Assembly: GCA_001244265.2 (NCBI GenBank)
Contig: CDLV01000006.1
Coordinates: 620,001 to 684,000, forward strand
DNA length: 64,000 nt
From: Microbotryum violaceum
Taxonomy: Eukaryota
Direction of reading: 5' to 3'
Positions 39,220 through 51,713 of this stretch are shown here, in pieces. Made by a program: the position numbers and the translations under genes. How positions within the stretch are numbered: the stretch's first letter is position 1; each line of letters starts with the position of its first letter. The notes under the pieces were generated by a model. The model searched no databases. It worked only from the letters and a program-made list of their open reading frames with translations, and was not told the origin of the DNA.

Positions 39220-39306
39220 TGGGGGCTAATAGTGGGGGCTAATAGTGGGGGCTAATAGTGGGGGCTAATAGTGGGGGCTAATAGTGGGGGCTAATAGTGG
39301 GGGCTA
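39220..39306 (+). repeat. (TGGGGGCTAATAG)6.7 tandem array in a bidirectional promoter
   Basis: Six full 13-bp units plus a partial; seven G5 tracts. Confidence 0.95.
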
Positions 39307-39430
39307 GCGGAGGATATTATTTATTAGTAGGCGGGTGTGGACCCAGCCTTCCTCCCTCCCTCCACCCACGCTCGCTCTCCGCGATCGATCCCCCCGAGGC
39401 CGAAGCCCAGGAAGCCTGCTGGTCGATCGA

Positions 39431-42400
39431 ATGCGCTCGTCTGCGCAGGATGCACCAACAGCATCGACGACGGCCACTGCCAGCAGCAGCTACACGCGCC
39501 GAGCCAACTTTGCTGCGGCTGTAGCTCGTGCAAGTCGACAAGCCGCGGCGACTCACGGCGTCGACGGTAACTCGCCCCGCGGTCAACCGATTCCGAGCCC
39601 GAACCGGAGCAAGAGCAAAAGCAACCCCACCGCCACCCCACCACCGAGTACACCGAGTACACCGAGTACACCGAGTACACCGAGTACATCCAGTACACCG
39701 AGTACATCCAGTACGCCGAGTACGCCGAGTACGCCGAGTACAGTCGCCCACCCCGAGACCACACCTCTGCTGCAATCCCATGCCTCGTCGTCCACATCGC
39801 ACTACTCGAGTACCCCCAAACGTCCCTCGCCCCTGTCCCACCAACTGACGGCGACCACCCTCGCCAGCTCCACCTCGTCCCTCGCGACCCTGTCGACTAC
39901 ACTGCCTAACTATGGCACCCTCTCGCCGCCCACGTCGGGCGTATCCTCACCGAACCGCAGCTCGCGGCGACCATCCGGCGTTCGTCACGGCGAGTCCGGC
40001 TCGTCCTTGCCCTCCCCGGGCGACACTAAACCCTCCAAGGCCGGCCAAATACGCTCCCGCCTACTCTTTGTCCTCATCGCCCTACTCCTCACCATCTGCG
40101 TGTACGCGTCCTTTGTCGACGATTTCATGGGCGACGTCGAGGCCGCCATCTCGTGTGGCGCGTGTATCGGCCTGCTCGTGCCGCTGCAAGCCCTCGCTCA
40201 CGTCGGCGATGATGCCTTTGTCGATTTCTTTGTCGGATTCTGTTCCAAGCTGAGAGTCAGTCTCATTCGACGACCCCGTTCGTGCCTCGCCTCCCCGTCC
40301 ACTCACCCACTTTGCTCCGGTGCATCCCCCCCAACATCATTTCCCCCCCCACAGATCGAAGACGAAGACGTCTGCGCCGGAGCGATCGGTACCCAGGCCC
40401 CTATCCTCGCCCACGACCTCCGCTCCATATCTCTCGCTTCCCACGCCGCGAAAAACTTTTGTTCGACCGTGTTTGGGCTCTGTCCATTGCAGCGCACGAT
40501 CCCTTATAGCGTTCAGTTCTTGGACGGTTCCCAAGGTAACGACGATACGAGGCGATTGATGGAGCGACCGAGGAAGGTGTGGAAGAGCAAGGGGAGGGAT
40601 CCGCTCAAGGTCGTTCATTTGAGTGATGTTCATATCGATCGCAACTATCTCGTCAGTGCAGGAGTCTTTCTTGCTGAAGGTGGGCTGGGGGTGCTGATCC
40701 GATCGAACTTCGCCTACACAGGAAGGTGCCGACACCATCTGCTCCAAGGTCATCTGTTGCCGGGACTATGGTGAGCGGTCGTTGGGTCCAAACATCTCCC
40801 ATCCTGCTGGAAAGGTGAGCTCAAGACAAATTCGGCAAGGTGCAAAACTGATGTGAGGTCCCAACTTTTGGCGGCTCACAGTTTGGGAACCGACATGCAA
40901 GTTCTGCTTCCATTACTCGGGGTGATCAACTCTCTCGCTGACCTCGTCCTGATACAGTGCGATGCACCTCCGGATTTGATGGAATCCATGTTCCGAGCGA
41001 TCGATAGGTCAGCAGCTCCCACCGGATTCGCAGGCATTCACTCAGAGCTAATATTCGTTCAACAATTCCATCAGATTCGCTCCCGATCGAGCATTCACCA
41101 TTTTCACGGGCGATGTCGTCGAATCGGCGGTATGGACCGTCAATAAACCCGTGCGTGAAGACATTTGTACGCTCGAACTCGGACGACTTTTCCGCTCATC
41201 AGGCCAGTCTTCTCGCTACAGAAAGTAACCTCCGATCTCGAAGCGTGGCACAAAGACATGGTGCGCAACCCCGCCATCCCCTCCTACCCCGTAATAGGGA
41301 ACCACGACGTCGCGCCCGTCAACGCATTCCCACGCACTACATCATGGAACCGCGAGAGCGAAAACTCTACCACTTCGCCCGAAATGCCTTCAACGTTGGC
41401 GATCGCACGCACTGCATCGGATTGGGTCTTTGAATTGGCCGCTAGGGATTGGGAAAAATGGATTGGGCCTAGGGCGAGTCGACAGGTGAGGGAGCATTAT
41501 GGGTGTTATTCGAGGGTGCATCCGGGGACCCAGTTGAGGATCATCAGTTTAAACACGAATTATTGGTCAGTCACCCTGCTGCAAGGGCCGATAAGGGTGT
41601 TCTCAAAAGATTGACGGTTTTTTTTGGGGGCTTGCAGGTATAAACAAAATTGTGGGTGCAGATCATCGAGGTCTTGGATCATGATCGAATCTTCTTTGAC
41701 TAAAGATTGGAATCTGTTAAACAGTCTGGCTCTACGATCATGATCAACCGCTTTGGGACCCGAACGGGATCTTGACCTGGCTCTCGCACGAGTTGCACGC
41801 CGCCGAGAAAGCTGGTCAAAGGGCTTGGATCAGTGAGTCTAGATCAGTTGAATCGTCACAAGAAAACTCCCAATTCATTGACTGTCTTGACCTTTTTTGC
41901 GATGTTCAGTCGGGCACATGCCATTCGGTAAAGTCGACGCCTTGCGTGATCAATCGAACTACGCGAATCAGATCTTTGATCGCTACCACGATACTATTGC
42001 CGCTCATTTTTATGGACATTCGTCAGTAATTGGTCTTGGATTCCTCGCAGAGCTTGAGTGGCGAGCTCATACGGAATTTGTGTATGCACAGCCATGTCGA
42101 CGAGTTTGAAATCTCTTACCCGGATTACGGTGATCGGAGGGCGGAGACGGCTCATGGAATCGCTTACATTTCTGGCGCACTTACACCTGCCAGTAGGTTA
42201 ACGTATTCCCTCCGTCTCCAACTTCCCTCCATTGAGTTATGGCTCCTCACTTCCTCACAGGTGGGAACCCCGTATTCCGGTTGTATCACGTCGATCCGGA
42301 CACGTACGAAGTCCTTGATTTCATCCCTTACTACACCAACAAGTCCGAACGCTCATTCCAGATCGATCCCGTTTGGAAACCCTATTACTCAGCAAGGGAG

Positions 42401-43253
42401 AGCTATGGGACGATTTTGGAAGAGAATGGGTTTGGGGATTTGAGGCCGAAGGAAGGAGAGAGTTTGAGTGGGAAGTTTTGGCACCGCGTGACGGAGGTGT
42501 TTGAGAAGAACGAGTTGAGTTGTTCTCGTCAGGGTTTTGGGGGCGCTGATACGATTGTTCGGGCTGACCTTGTTTTGGATGGGTTTGGATGGTTTGGACA
42601 GGACGGCGTTTCAGATCTTTACTAACCGACTCAGTCGAGGTGGTAAAATTGAGGATTGCTCGGGTCCGATCTGCAAGAACAACACGATCTGCATGCTGCG
42701 CAGCATGAGGTCCGAATCCAACTGCGTGAGTCGGTCATGGATATTGAGAACTGCTGTGGTGGTCCAGAAGACTGACATTTTCGTTGTGTGCTCGTATCAC
42801 ACAGGCCGTCATCCAACCGGGCCTGAGCTTTAAGGACCAGAAACGTGATACCGAGGTCAGTCCACACCTTTCTCCCCCTTTCTCTCCCTGCGAACTTCGC
42901 CATGACTGATGTGTCCGCCTCCCTCCTCTCTCCAGGCTGTGACCGAACCCCAACGAGGTGAAGGCGAAGAAGAATTCGCGCAATCGCGCCAACACGATTT
43001 CTTCGCCTGTGAAGGTCCGGGATTGGGGAGTATGTTGAGGAAGATCGCGCAAGGGGGATTTGATATGAGCAAGGTGGATCGGAAGGAGAGGGGGAAGATG
43101 ATGGGGATGCAGGCTTTCGGAGAAGGTGGGGATAGAACGGGGCGTTTGGGTGTTTTTGAAGGGATGTTGAAAGAACGGGTTGAGGTGGAGAGGAGGAAGA
43201 AGAAGAGGGGAAAGACCTCGGGGCTGTTGAGCAGATTCAAGAGGGCAGAGTAA
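39431..43253 (+). CDS. Acid sphingomyelinase-like phosphodiesterase (saposin-B + calcineurin-like metallophosphoesterase)
   Basis: SCGAC..FC..C..C saposin cysteines, HLSDVHID, FTGDVV, IGNHD, GHMP and FYGHSHVDEF; TM segment at ~40061-40114. Confidence 0.9.
39644..39742 (+). repeat. (CCGAGTACA)~11 coding repeat, read as (PST)n
   Basis: Eleven 9-bp units with minor variation. Confidence 0.9.
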
Positions 43254-43604
43254 GGCGGATCAAGCCTTGGGGAGGACGGGGGATGTTGATCTCATAGCTC
43301 GTGAGCTACCTCCTTTTGTCTTTTGTTTTCTTTGAATATACGTTAATTAATCGATTGTTGTAACGGTAATGGAGGATGAAACTCATCTGACCCACCAGAC
43401 AGATGTAATTTGCACGAGTGCCTGAGTGTGCTTAGTCATGCATTGAGCTCGATGCCCGAGCGGGTCCGAGCTTTTGCGCCGGGCGTGCCAAGCCTTCGGC
43501 GACGAGCCCTCGCCGACGAGCCCGAATGCGTCAGTCTGCCTCCGCCGTCTGCCTTCATCGTCGCACCTTGCATTGGCTTCGTCAGCTTACGACACCACCA
43601 ACGC

Positions 43605-44845
43605 ATGGCGACTGCTTCGACTTCGACTCTGAACAGGGACGAGTTTCTGGCTATCGGCACGCACTGCTCTGAAAGCACATGCAGCCAGTTGGACTGTACG
43701 TAGCTCATCGCTCGACCAGAGCCCTTTGTCATTCCCGTCGTCGTTCGTCAGCTGATCGAGCTCGTTGTGTTGCCTCTTCCTCGCCAGTCCTCCCTTTTCG
43801 ATGTCCCTCATGTTCGAAACCGTATTGTTCGGACCATTGGAGACCACCGAGTGGACACGATTGTCCTCGGTATGACGCGAGAGCTCATGACGTAAGCCTT
43901 AAGCGCTCCCCATCTTCGTCATTCGTTCAACCCCTGACGAAAGTCGAAAGGGGGCCTTCTCCGCCCTCACTCTGTGGAGTTGAGAAGCTGACGCGTCATT
44001 CTTTCTTTTCTCTTCTTTTCTACGCTTACGTTGCCCCTGAACCAGAACATCATCCCCTCCTGCCCCCTCTGTTCCCAACCCGTTCCCCACCCCCTCTCCA
44101 TCACCCCCGACGAAGCCGTCTCGACCCACCTCGAATCCGGCCAATGCCAAGCCCTAAACGCCCTAAACGCACTAAACGCCCCAACCCCTTCCGGTCGACA
44201 GAGAACTCCACCCAAGACGGACAACGTGTGCAACGAACGCAAATGTCGCACCAAGATGGTCGTCCCTATTACGTGTGAGGGGTGTAGGAAGAGATTTTGT
44301 GCCAAACATCGGTGGGGTAAGGATCATAATTGTGAGGCGGGTGCAGGAAGTAAGGTAGGGAATCTGGGTAAGAGTGTGGGTGCGACGAGTGGTGGGTTGG
44401 GCGTGTTGAGAAGGGCGCAAGAAGCATGGGTCACCGCGACGACGTCGACGACCTCATCGACAAGTTCCAAACCGACAGCCAAACTCAACTCCGTGCCTTC
44501 CACTCCGTTCGCTCCACCGAATCCGAAACCAACAACGAAAGAAGAGCCCAAGGCCAAACACAAAATCCTGAACAACCTCGGTGTACCGACCAAGATCGAT
44601 AAAAGGGTCATGGCCGAACAGCAGAGTGCGCTCAAAGGGTTGGAAGCGAGGGCTAAGAAAGGGTAGGTGCTGCAAGATGGGCCCAATCTCGGAGGAGCTG
44701 GTCGTCACTTGAGAGCGGGCGCTGATGATACACGGTTCATTCGTCCAGTTTGTTGAGCGAGGATGAGAAAGTCAAATACGCGACGATGCGAGCGATGCAC
44801 GCTAAACAAAGTGGCGACGGCAAGGACGAATGTCTCGTCTCGTGA
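43605..44845 (+). CDS. AN1-type zinc-finger protein (ZFAND2/AIRAP/Cuz1-like)
   Basis: IGTHCSESTCSQLD-LPFRCPSCSKPYCSDH..HDC; CPLC..HLESGQC; a second AN1 (CNERKC..CEGCRKRFCAKHR..DHNC); C-terminus ECLVS*. Confidence 0.9.
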
Positions 44846-45140
44846 GCACACGGAGGTCATACTCTTCGCATACTCGTTACCGCATTGAACAAGAAAAAAC
44901 TAGAGCAAGCTTGTGTGCAAATACACAGAATGTTCCCGAAAAATGCTATTACAAGATCAGCGGTTTTGAGACCGTTGACTAAAACGACTAAAGCTGCACC
45001 TCAAATTGGTGCCGGACCAGCACGCGGGTGTATATGGTGCTTTTGAGAGGATCCCGATAGGCACACCCTCTTCCGTAGGACCAGCCCTTCGATAGACAAT
45101 TGCGACAACATTCGACAACGGTCCCGAGCCATTTAAGCAC

Positions 45141-47476
45141 TCATGTCCGCTGCCTTGACGAAGTCGTCGCGAATCGATCGACCGCATTCCACAACTGCCC
45201 CTCCGAACCGGCCATGGACGACGAGCCTTGCTTCTTGATCGCTTTGATTCTCCCATCGATGATTTGGTCGGTGAACTGCGAGTTCTTGGCGCAGAACTTG
45301 ACTAATGCGCTTGCACCGTTAGAGGGGTAACCGGCGAGGAAGACTTTTGTGTGAACAACGAAGGGAGCTCGGGGTCAGTAGTGTTTCCTCGTTACATGCT
45401 GGGGATGAAACAGTACGTACCTTCCGCTCTTGCAAGAATGTTCTTGTCCACGATACCCACGATCGCCGCATCGAGCCTATCGAAATCAGCTTGCTTCTGT
45501 TTCGCCTCGACCCCGAGCAGCGCCCGCAAATCTGTATCCAACTCAATGCTCCCCAATACGCCCTTGAAGCTCGTCATCTTAACCGTATCCCCGAACTCGC
45601 GCTGCCAATCTTCGACAAATCCATTGAAAGCGTTGTGGTGTGCGAGTGTGATCCTCCTGGTCATGGAACCGCTGTGGGCGGAGAATTGTGTTCCTGGACC
45701 GGTGCCGTCGAGCCAGATTTCGATGGGGTAGTCCATGGCGAAGTAAGCGGTCTTGACTTCGGGTCGTTTCGCAACCACTTGTTTGACCCAGGCGATCAGT
45801 GACATTCCGCATGGTCGCAATGCGTCGACACCGACGGTCTCGCTCCTCCAATGCACAGCCAAGAAAGGGGAGAGCGCTTGGGCCATCTGCTGTCCGAGCA
45901 GAGTCCAGTGCGGCGAGTACTGGAAGTATTGGTACTCGCGCACGGGCTTCGATCCAGGAGTCTGATAAGGTCTCACGAGCCCGGGCGTCAGGATCTCATG
46001 ACGAAGGTTGTATTGAATGACGATGACGTCTGCCGTTGTGCCCGTGTTCGGGTCAGGGGCTTGCAAGTCCGCGATCATACGCTGGGCAAGTTCGATGTCG
46101 ATCTTGGCCGACCTACTGTGCCGGAAGAAAGCCTTGGGTTCATACGCCTCGAGTTCGAGGCCGAGTTTGGCGAGACACAACCGGTTGAGGGGCATGATGG
46201 CTGCATCGGCCGGAACTGGGTTGCCTCGGTTCATCCCGACGAGTTGGCCGGTTTTGGCGCTCGATTCGCCCTTTTGGTTCTGTAACTCGCGATGTGCGAG
46301 CGCAAGGAAATCGGCGTGAGTGATCCAGGGGATATTGAAGCTGTCGAGCGTGTCGATCGAGTAGTAGAGGGAAAATGGAGAGGAGTAGCACGCCGAGAAG
46401 CGAGACTTGTGGACTTGGGGTAGAACGAGCGTTCGATTGAGCGCGACGGCGAGCAGGCCCAATTGATAGAGGTGCAACTGCGCCTTGGTCTCTTGTTCCC
46501 CGATCCAAGCGGGGAAGAGAAATTTGCGATCGTCTTCAAACTTGGGCTTCAGCGTTACGACTTTGACGACTGGGTTGGATCCTGCGGCGGCTGCGAGGGC
46601 GGCAGCGGCGACGGCGGCTTGCAGCTCCTGCTCTAGGTGATCTGGGTTGTCCTCATCAACGACGTGCTCTTGGTCGTCGTCCTTAGCGTCCTTGGACTCG
46701 CTCAAGTCGGTGTCGGCTTCGGTATCGGGGTTCTGTTCTTCGCGGTGGAGATCGTGATCATGATCGTGATGATCCCCGTCCCTGTCGCCGCCATCGTGGC
46801 TATTTGTTTGGTTGATTGTCGCCTGTTCTTTCGCCCCATCTTTTTCATTTGTTTCTTCAGTATTATTGCTCGGCGCCTCGTCCTCGTGGATCGGATGCAC
46901 GTTTTGGGGTAGTCCCTTGTCTTCTGTCGTCGGTTTTGCCGGGATCTCAACGCGCTGCGGCCCGTCACTTGGTCGACGCCCAGCGCCGTGAATGGGTGCT
47001 GGATCCGGTACTTCAGGTTCGTCGTCGGGATTCGAGACATCCTTATCCGGCGCTGCCTCTGCGAGCGCGACCTCCCCTTTTGTCGGTCTGTTGGCGTGGG
47101 TTTGGGATTTGTAGCGGAACGTGTCCGAATACCCTGGTGCCCAATGGTTGGGATGGACTTTAGAAGCGATGCGCACCCACCCACTGAGCTCGTTCGTAAT
47201 ATCCGTTCGAGGTGTCTCAGCGAGCGAGAACAGCCCAAATGTAATGATGAGACATGTTAAGAGCGTCAAGAGCACGCTCGGCCGCGTCGACCCATTGCGT
47301 TCGAACCATTGCCCGAGTTTCTCAAACACCCGAGAAGTGGACTTGCGCCGACGGGTCTTCCTTAACAAGGCGGCGTTCGTCGGCGATTCGTTGACGTACC
47401 GGAACGAGACGGACCCATTGCCACGTCCGCGCCGTGGGGGCGTTGTAGGTGGGGACCGCATCGATGGGTTCGTCAT
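45141..47476 (-). CDS. O-fucosyltransferase-like (GT-B) type II membrane glycosyltransferase
   Basis: N-terminal TM (VLLTLLTCLIITFGLFSL), acidic stem, GEQETKAQLHLYQLGLLAVALNRTLVLP, PFLAVHWRSET, YFAMDYP and GIVDK. Confidence 0.75.
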
Positions 47477-48901
47477 GCTCGGGAAGAAGACGCGCGTCGA
47501 GGTTGAGAGGGCACGTCGATGGAATTGCGACGTGGGCGATGTCGAGGGCGTCGAGCCTGTCGGCGAAGGCGAGCTACCAACTGCGCGTGGACGGACGCTT
47601 CAACAGGAGCAAGAGGTCAGGGATTGTGCTGAGGTAGGGCTCGTGAGTTGGAAGGGCTCGCCGAGTTGGGAGGGCTCTAGGAGTGGGAACGTGGGGGCGA
47701 GGTAGACAGGGAGTAAGGGGTAGAGAGTAATGAAATGGGTACTTGCATTGCGTGACCATCTTGTACGGTTAGGAGCGGCTGGGCCAGCCAGACAATCAAT
47801 AGGCCGTTGCGAGGCGCGCTCGGTGAACCCAGGACGCGGAAGGCGCGTGCAGTGACGCGGCCTGCAGCGCGTGGAGCTGCAGCGCGTGTCGCAAGTGATG
47901 AGCTCCTTGAGCCGGGCACAGAAGTGGAAATGAGTCGGGGCCACCTAAACGTAATGGGGTCGACCTTTAAGGGAGCGCGTAAGTCTCGTTCGATGATCAG
48001 CGTCCGGTTCTGCTCCAGCACTCGAGTCCGTGGCGTGTGGACGTGTGGACGTGCGTGTGTGTGTGTATGGAAGCGGTCAAGATCAGAGAGAGAGAGAGAG
48101 AGCCAAGCTTCCCGAAGTCGACGTCTGCTCTTTAAAGCGATTATTTAGCGCGTGGGAGCGGAGCGCGCTCGATCACCTCGCAGTAAAAAGTCTTGACGCT
48201 TTATCAAGTGTTTCAAGGCTACTACTATCGCTGGGTCGTTGAAGTCGAGCACATTCTTCGGTCTTCCACTTTTCTTTCAGGGCTGTGGCTTAAACTACAA
48301 GGTGCTTAGGCATCCTGGGACCGTAAATACTGCATCGAGATGTCCTGCATATATCGCAGTCGGGCGGTTCTTAAGCTAGACGAATCTGTTTTTAGACTTT
48401 CGTCTGTGTAAGTGAAAACTTCAGAGAAGCACGAGCTAGTTGCGTTCAGGTACTCGTAGAGATGAGAGATTTTGATCGATGACATTAGACGTTCAATTGC
48501 TGTAACGTTGGTAACCTAACTGGAGAAACATGACCATCGGCGTTGGGCGCGTCGACATCGGGGACGTCGGCGTGCGCCCGACGATCGCCGCGTGCATAAT
48601 GGCATGTACGAAGGTATTTGGGAGTACAGAGCCTGAAAACGATTGACTAACGTCACTCTCACTGCCCTGAAGTGGCGCACGTTCACAGTAGAAGAATGAG
48701 AATGTATTGATGCGTGAACCATGGAGAGTTTGTCTAGAGCACTTTGCTCCAGGCACGGTGTTTCACGTATCACGTGACGGAGACGCGAAAACAACGACCA
48801 CGAGTCGAACGAGTCTGGAAACCGGTACGCATTACAACATGGCGTTTAAAGAAAACACAAAAAGCAAGTTCTAGCCAAGAAGGTAGCTGTAGCTGGACGA
48901 T

Positions 48902-49378
48902 CTAGACGCCGAAACCGTATAGGGTTCGTCCGGATCGCTTGAGGGCGTAGACGACATCGAGCGAGGTGACCGTCTTGCGCTTGGCGTGTTCGGTGTAGGT
49001 GACCGAGTCACGGATGACGTTCTCGAGGAAGATTTTGAGCACACCTCGAGTCTCCTCGTAGATGAGGCCGGAGATACGCTTGACACCACCACGACGCGCG
49101 AGACGGCGGATGGCGGGTTTGGTGATACCCTGGATGTTATCGCGTAACTGTGAGATGCGAGACATGGTAATGTAAGGACATGTAGCCAAGATGTGAAAGA
49201 GACGTAAACGTTGCAAACGACTCACGATCTTGCGGTGACGCTTGGCTCCGCCCTTTCCAAGTCCCTTTCCGCCCTTTCCACGTCCAGACACTGGCGAGGC
49301 GCGAAGCAGTAAGATAGGGGCCACCAAGGGTCAGTATATTATCTTGTGGCTTTGAAGGTTGCAATGTAAAGACTCACT
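48902..49378 (-). CDS. H4: Histone H4 (two introns; start codon split A|TG)
   Basis: [47 protein letters not shown]...RTLYGFGV*; introns 49377-49291 and 49225-49148. Confidence 0.98.
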
Positions 49379-49384
49379 GTTTGT

Positions 49385-50476
<1,092 letters not shown>

Positions 50477-51713
50477 TTAGGGTCCCTTGTTTTATCTTTC
50501 GTCTTTCACTCCTCGGCGGTCATTTTTGATTTCGCCTTGGCCTACTTGGTTCTCAGGTTTCACTCGCTACTTGATGTTGTAACAAGATGTGCTTTTGCCC
50601 TTCCAACATTTTCGTGTCTTGGAGAGAGGAATGATTCCTCAAGGAGTTGGTGCGCGTACGAGCGTGGTCCCGGGGAGCACATGACGATAATAAATCACTC
50701 AAAAGTGGTCTCTAACCAAGCTAGGTGTTAAAGCAGATGTGTTCAAGCCTCTTGAGCTACACTTGTTGCGCATGCCCCCCCCCCCAAACGCCTCGGCCCT
50801 CGAGTGAAACTGATAAAGAACGCGCAACGCTCGTGATCGGCTTTGTGTCAAGTCAGAATCGCGTTCGCCGATCGCCCGAGCCTCGCGGCCAACGGACTGC
50901 TTCGCCGTTCGCCTTAGCTCTACTTCCACTTCGTTTCGCTGTTGATCCGACTCGGCTCGGTCTACTCTTTTCCGGCACACGGAACTACACACCATCTCAT
51001 TTTAACAAGTAAGCAGTTATGATTGGTGCTGTGGCATGCGATATGCTTTGGCTGTGATCGTTGCCGCGTTGCTCGGAGACAATGTTGGTCGAACGACGGA
51101 TCTACGCCCTGACGCCAGGCAGGGATGTCCCTCGACGTACGCAACAAGGAGGAACCGACTCGTGCGGCATGCGGGCAAGGTCATACCAAGGATATGGCAA
51201 CGGAATGTTTGTCGTTCCTACGACGTTTCTGCCATCTGGAGGGGGGACCAGGGCCGTCGTTACCTGTGCGATCCGCTTCGGTCGCATGCTCCGAGCGACA
51301 GATCCGCTTTGTTGCATGCCCGCGGTGCATGCGTTGCGGTCAACCCAGGATGGATCTGCTTGAAGGATGGATCTCAGTATCGAGGATTTAAAGATGCCTC
51401 GAATCGGAACGTTAACGAGGATGTTGGGGCTCGTGTCGCGCGTGCACGGCCCGACTCGAGCTGGACGCGTCGAAGGGCTCTTTCGGGCCCAAACCATATC
51501 GAGCCGTTGCACGTCGTTTGGCACTGCGGTCGGGCATATGCATGAGACTGGGCTCGGATGTATGCTCGTGCTGAAGGCCCGAAATGGGGTAGTGCTTGAG
51601 GCGCAGCTCTTTCGACGGCTCACTCAACCTACAAAATTAGTCACTTCGTTTCGTTCCCCAATCTCCTTTGCTAACCATCACAACCGTTTTTGTCATAGGA
51701 TCGGGTACATCAA

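Noticed and set aside
18896..39306. Short tandem arrays as CRISPR-like repeats
   Set aside because: Head-to-tail 12-13-mers with no unique spacers, eukaryotic context and no cas genes.
51036..51627. Overlapping 100-220-aa ORFs between H3 and IQGAP
   Set aside because: No recognisable motifs; may be IQGAP 5' exons or UTR and cannot be resolved without transcripts.
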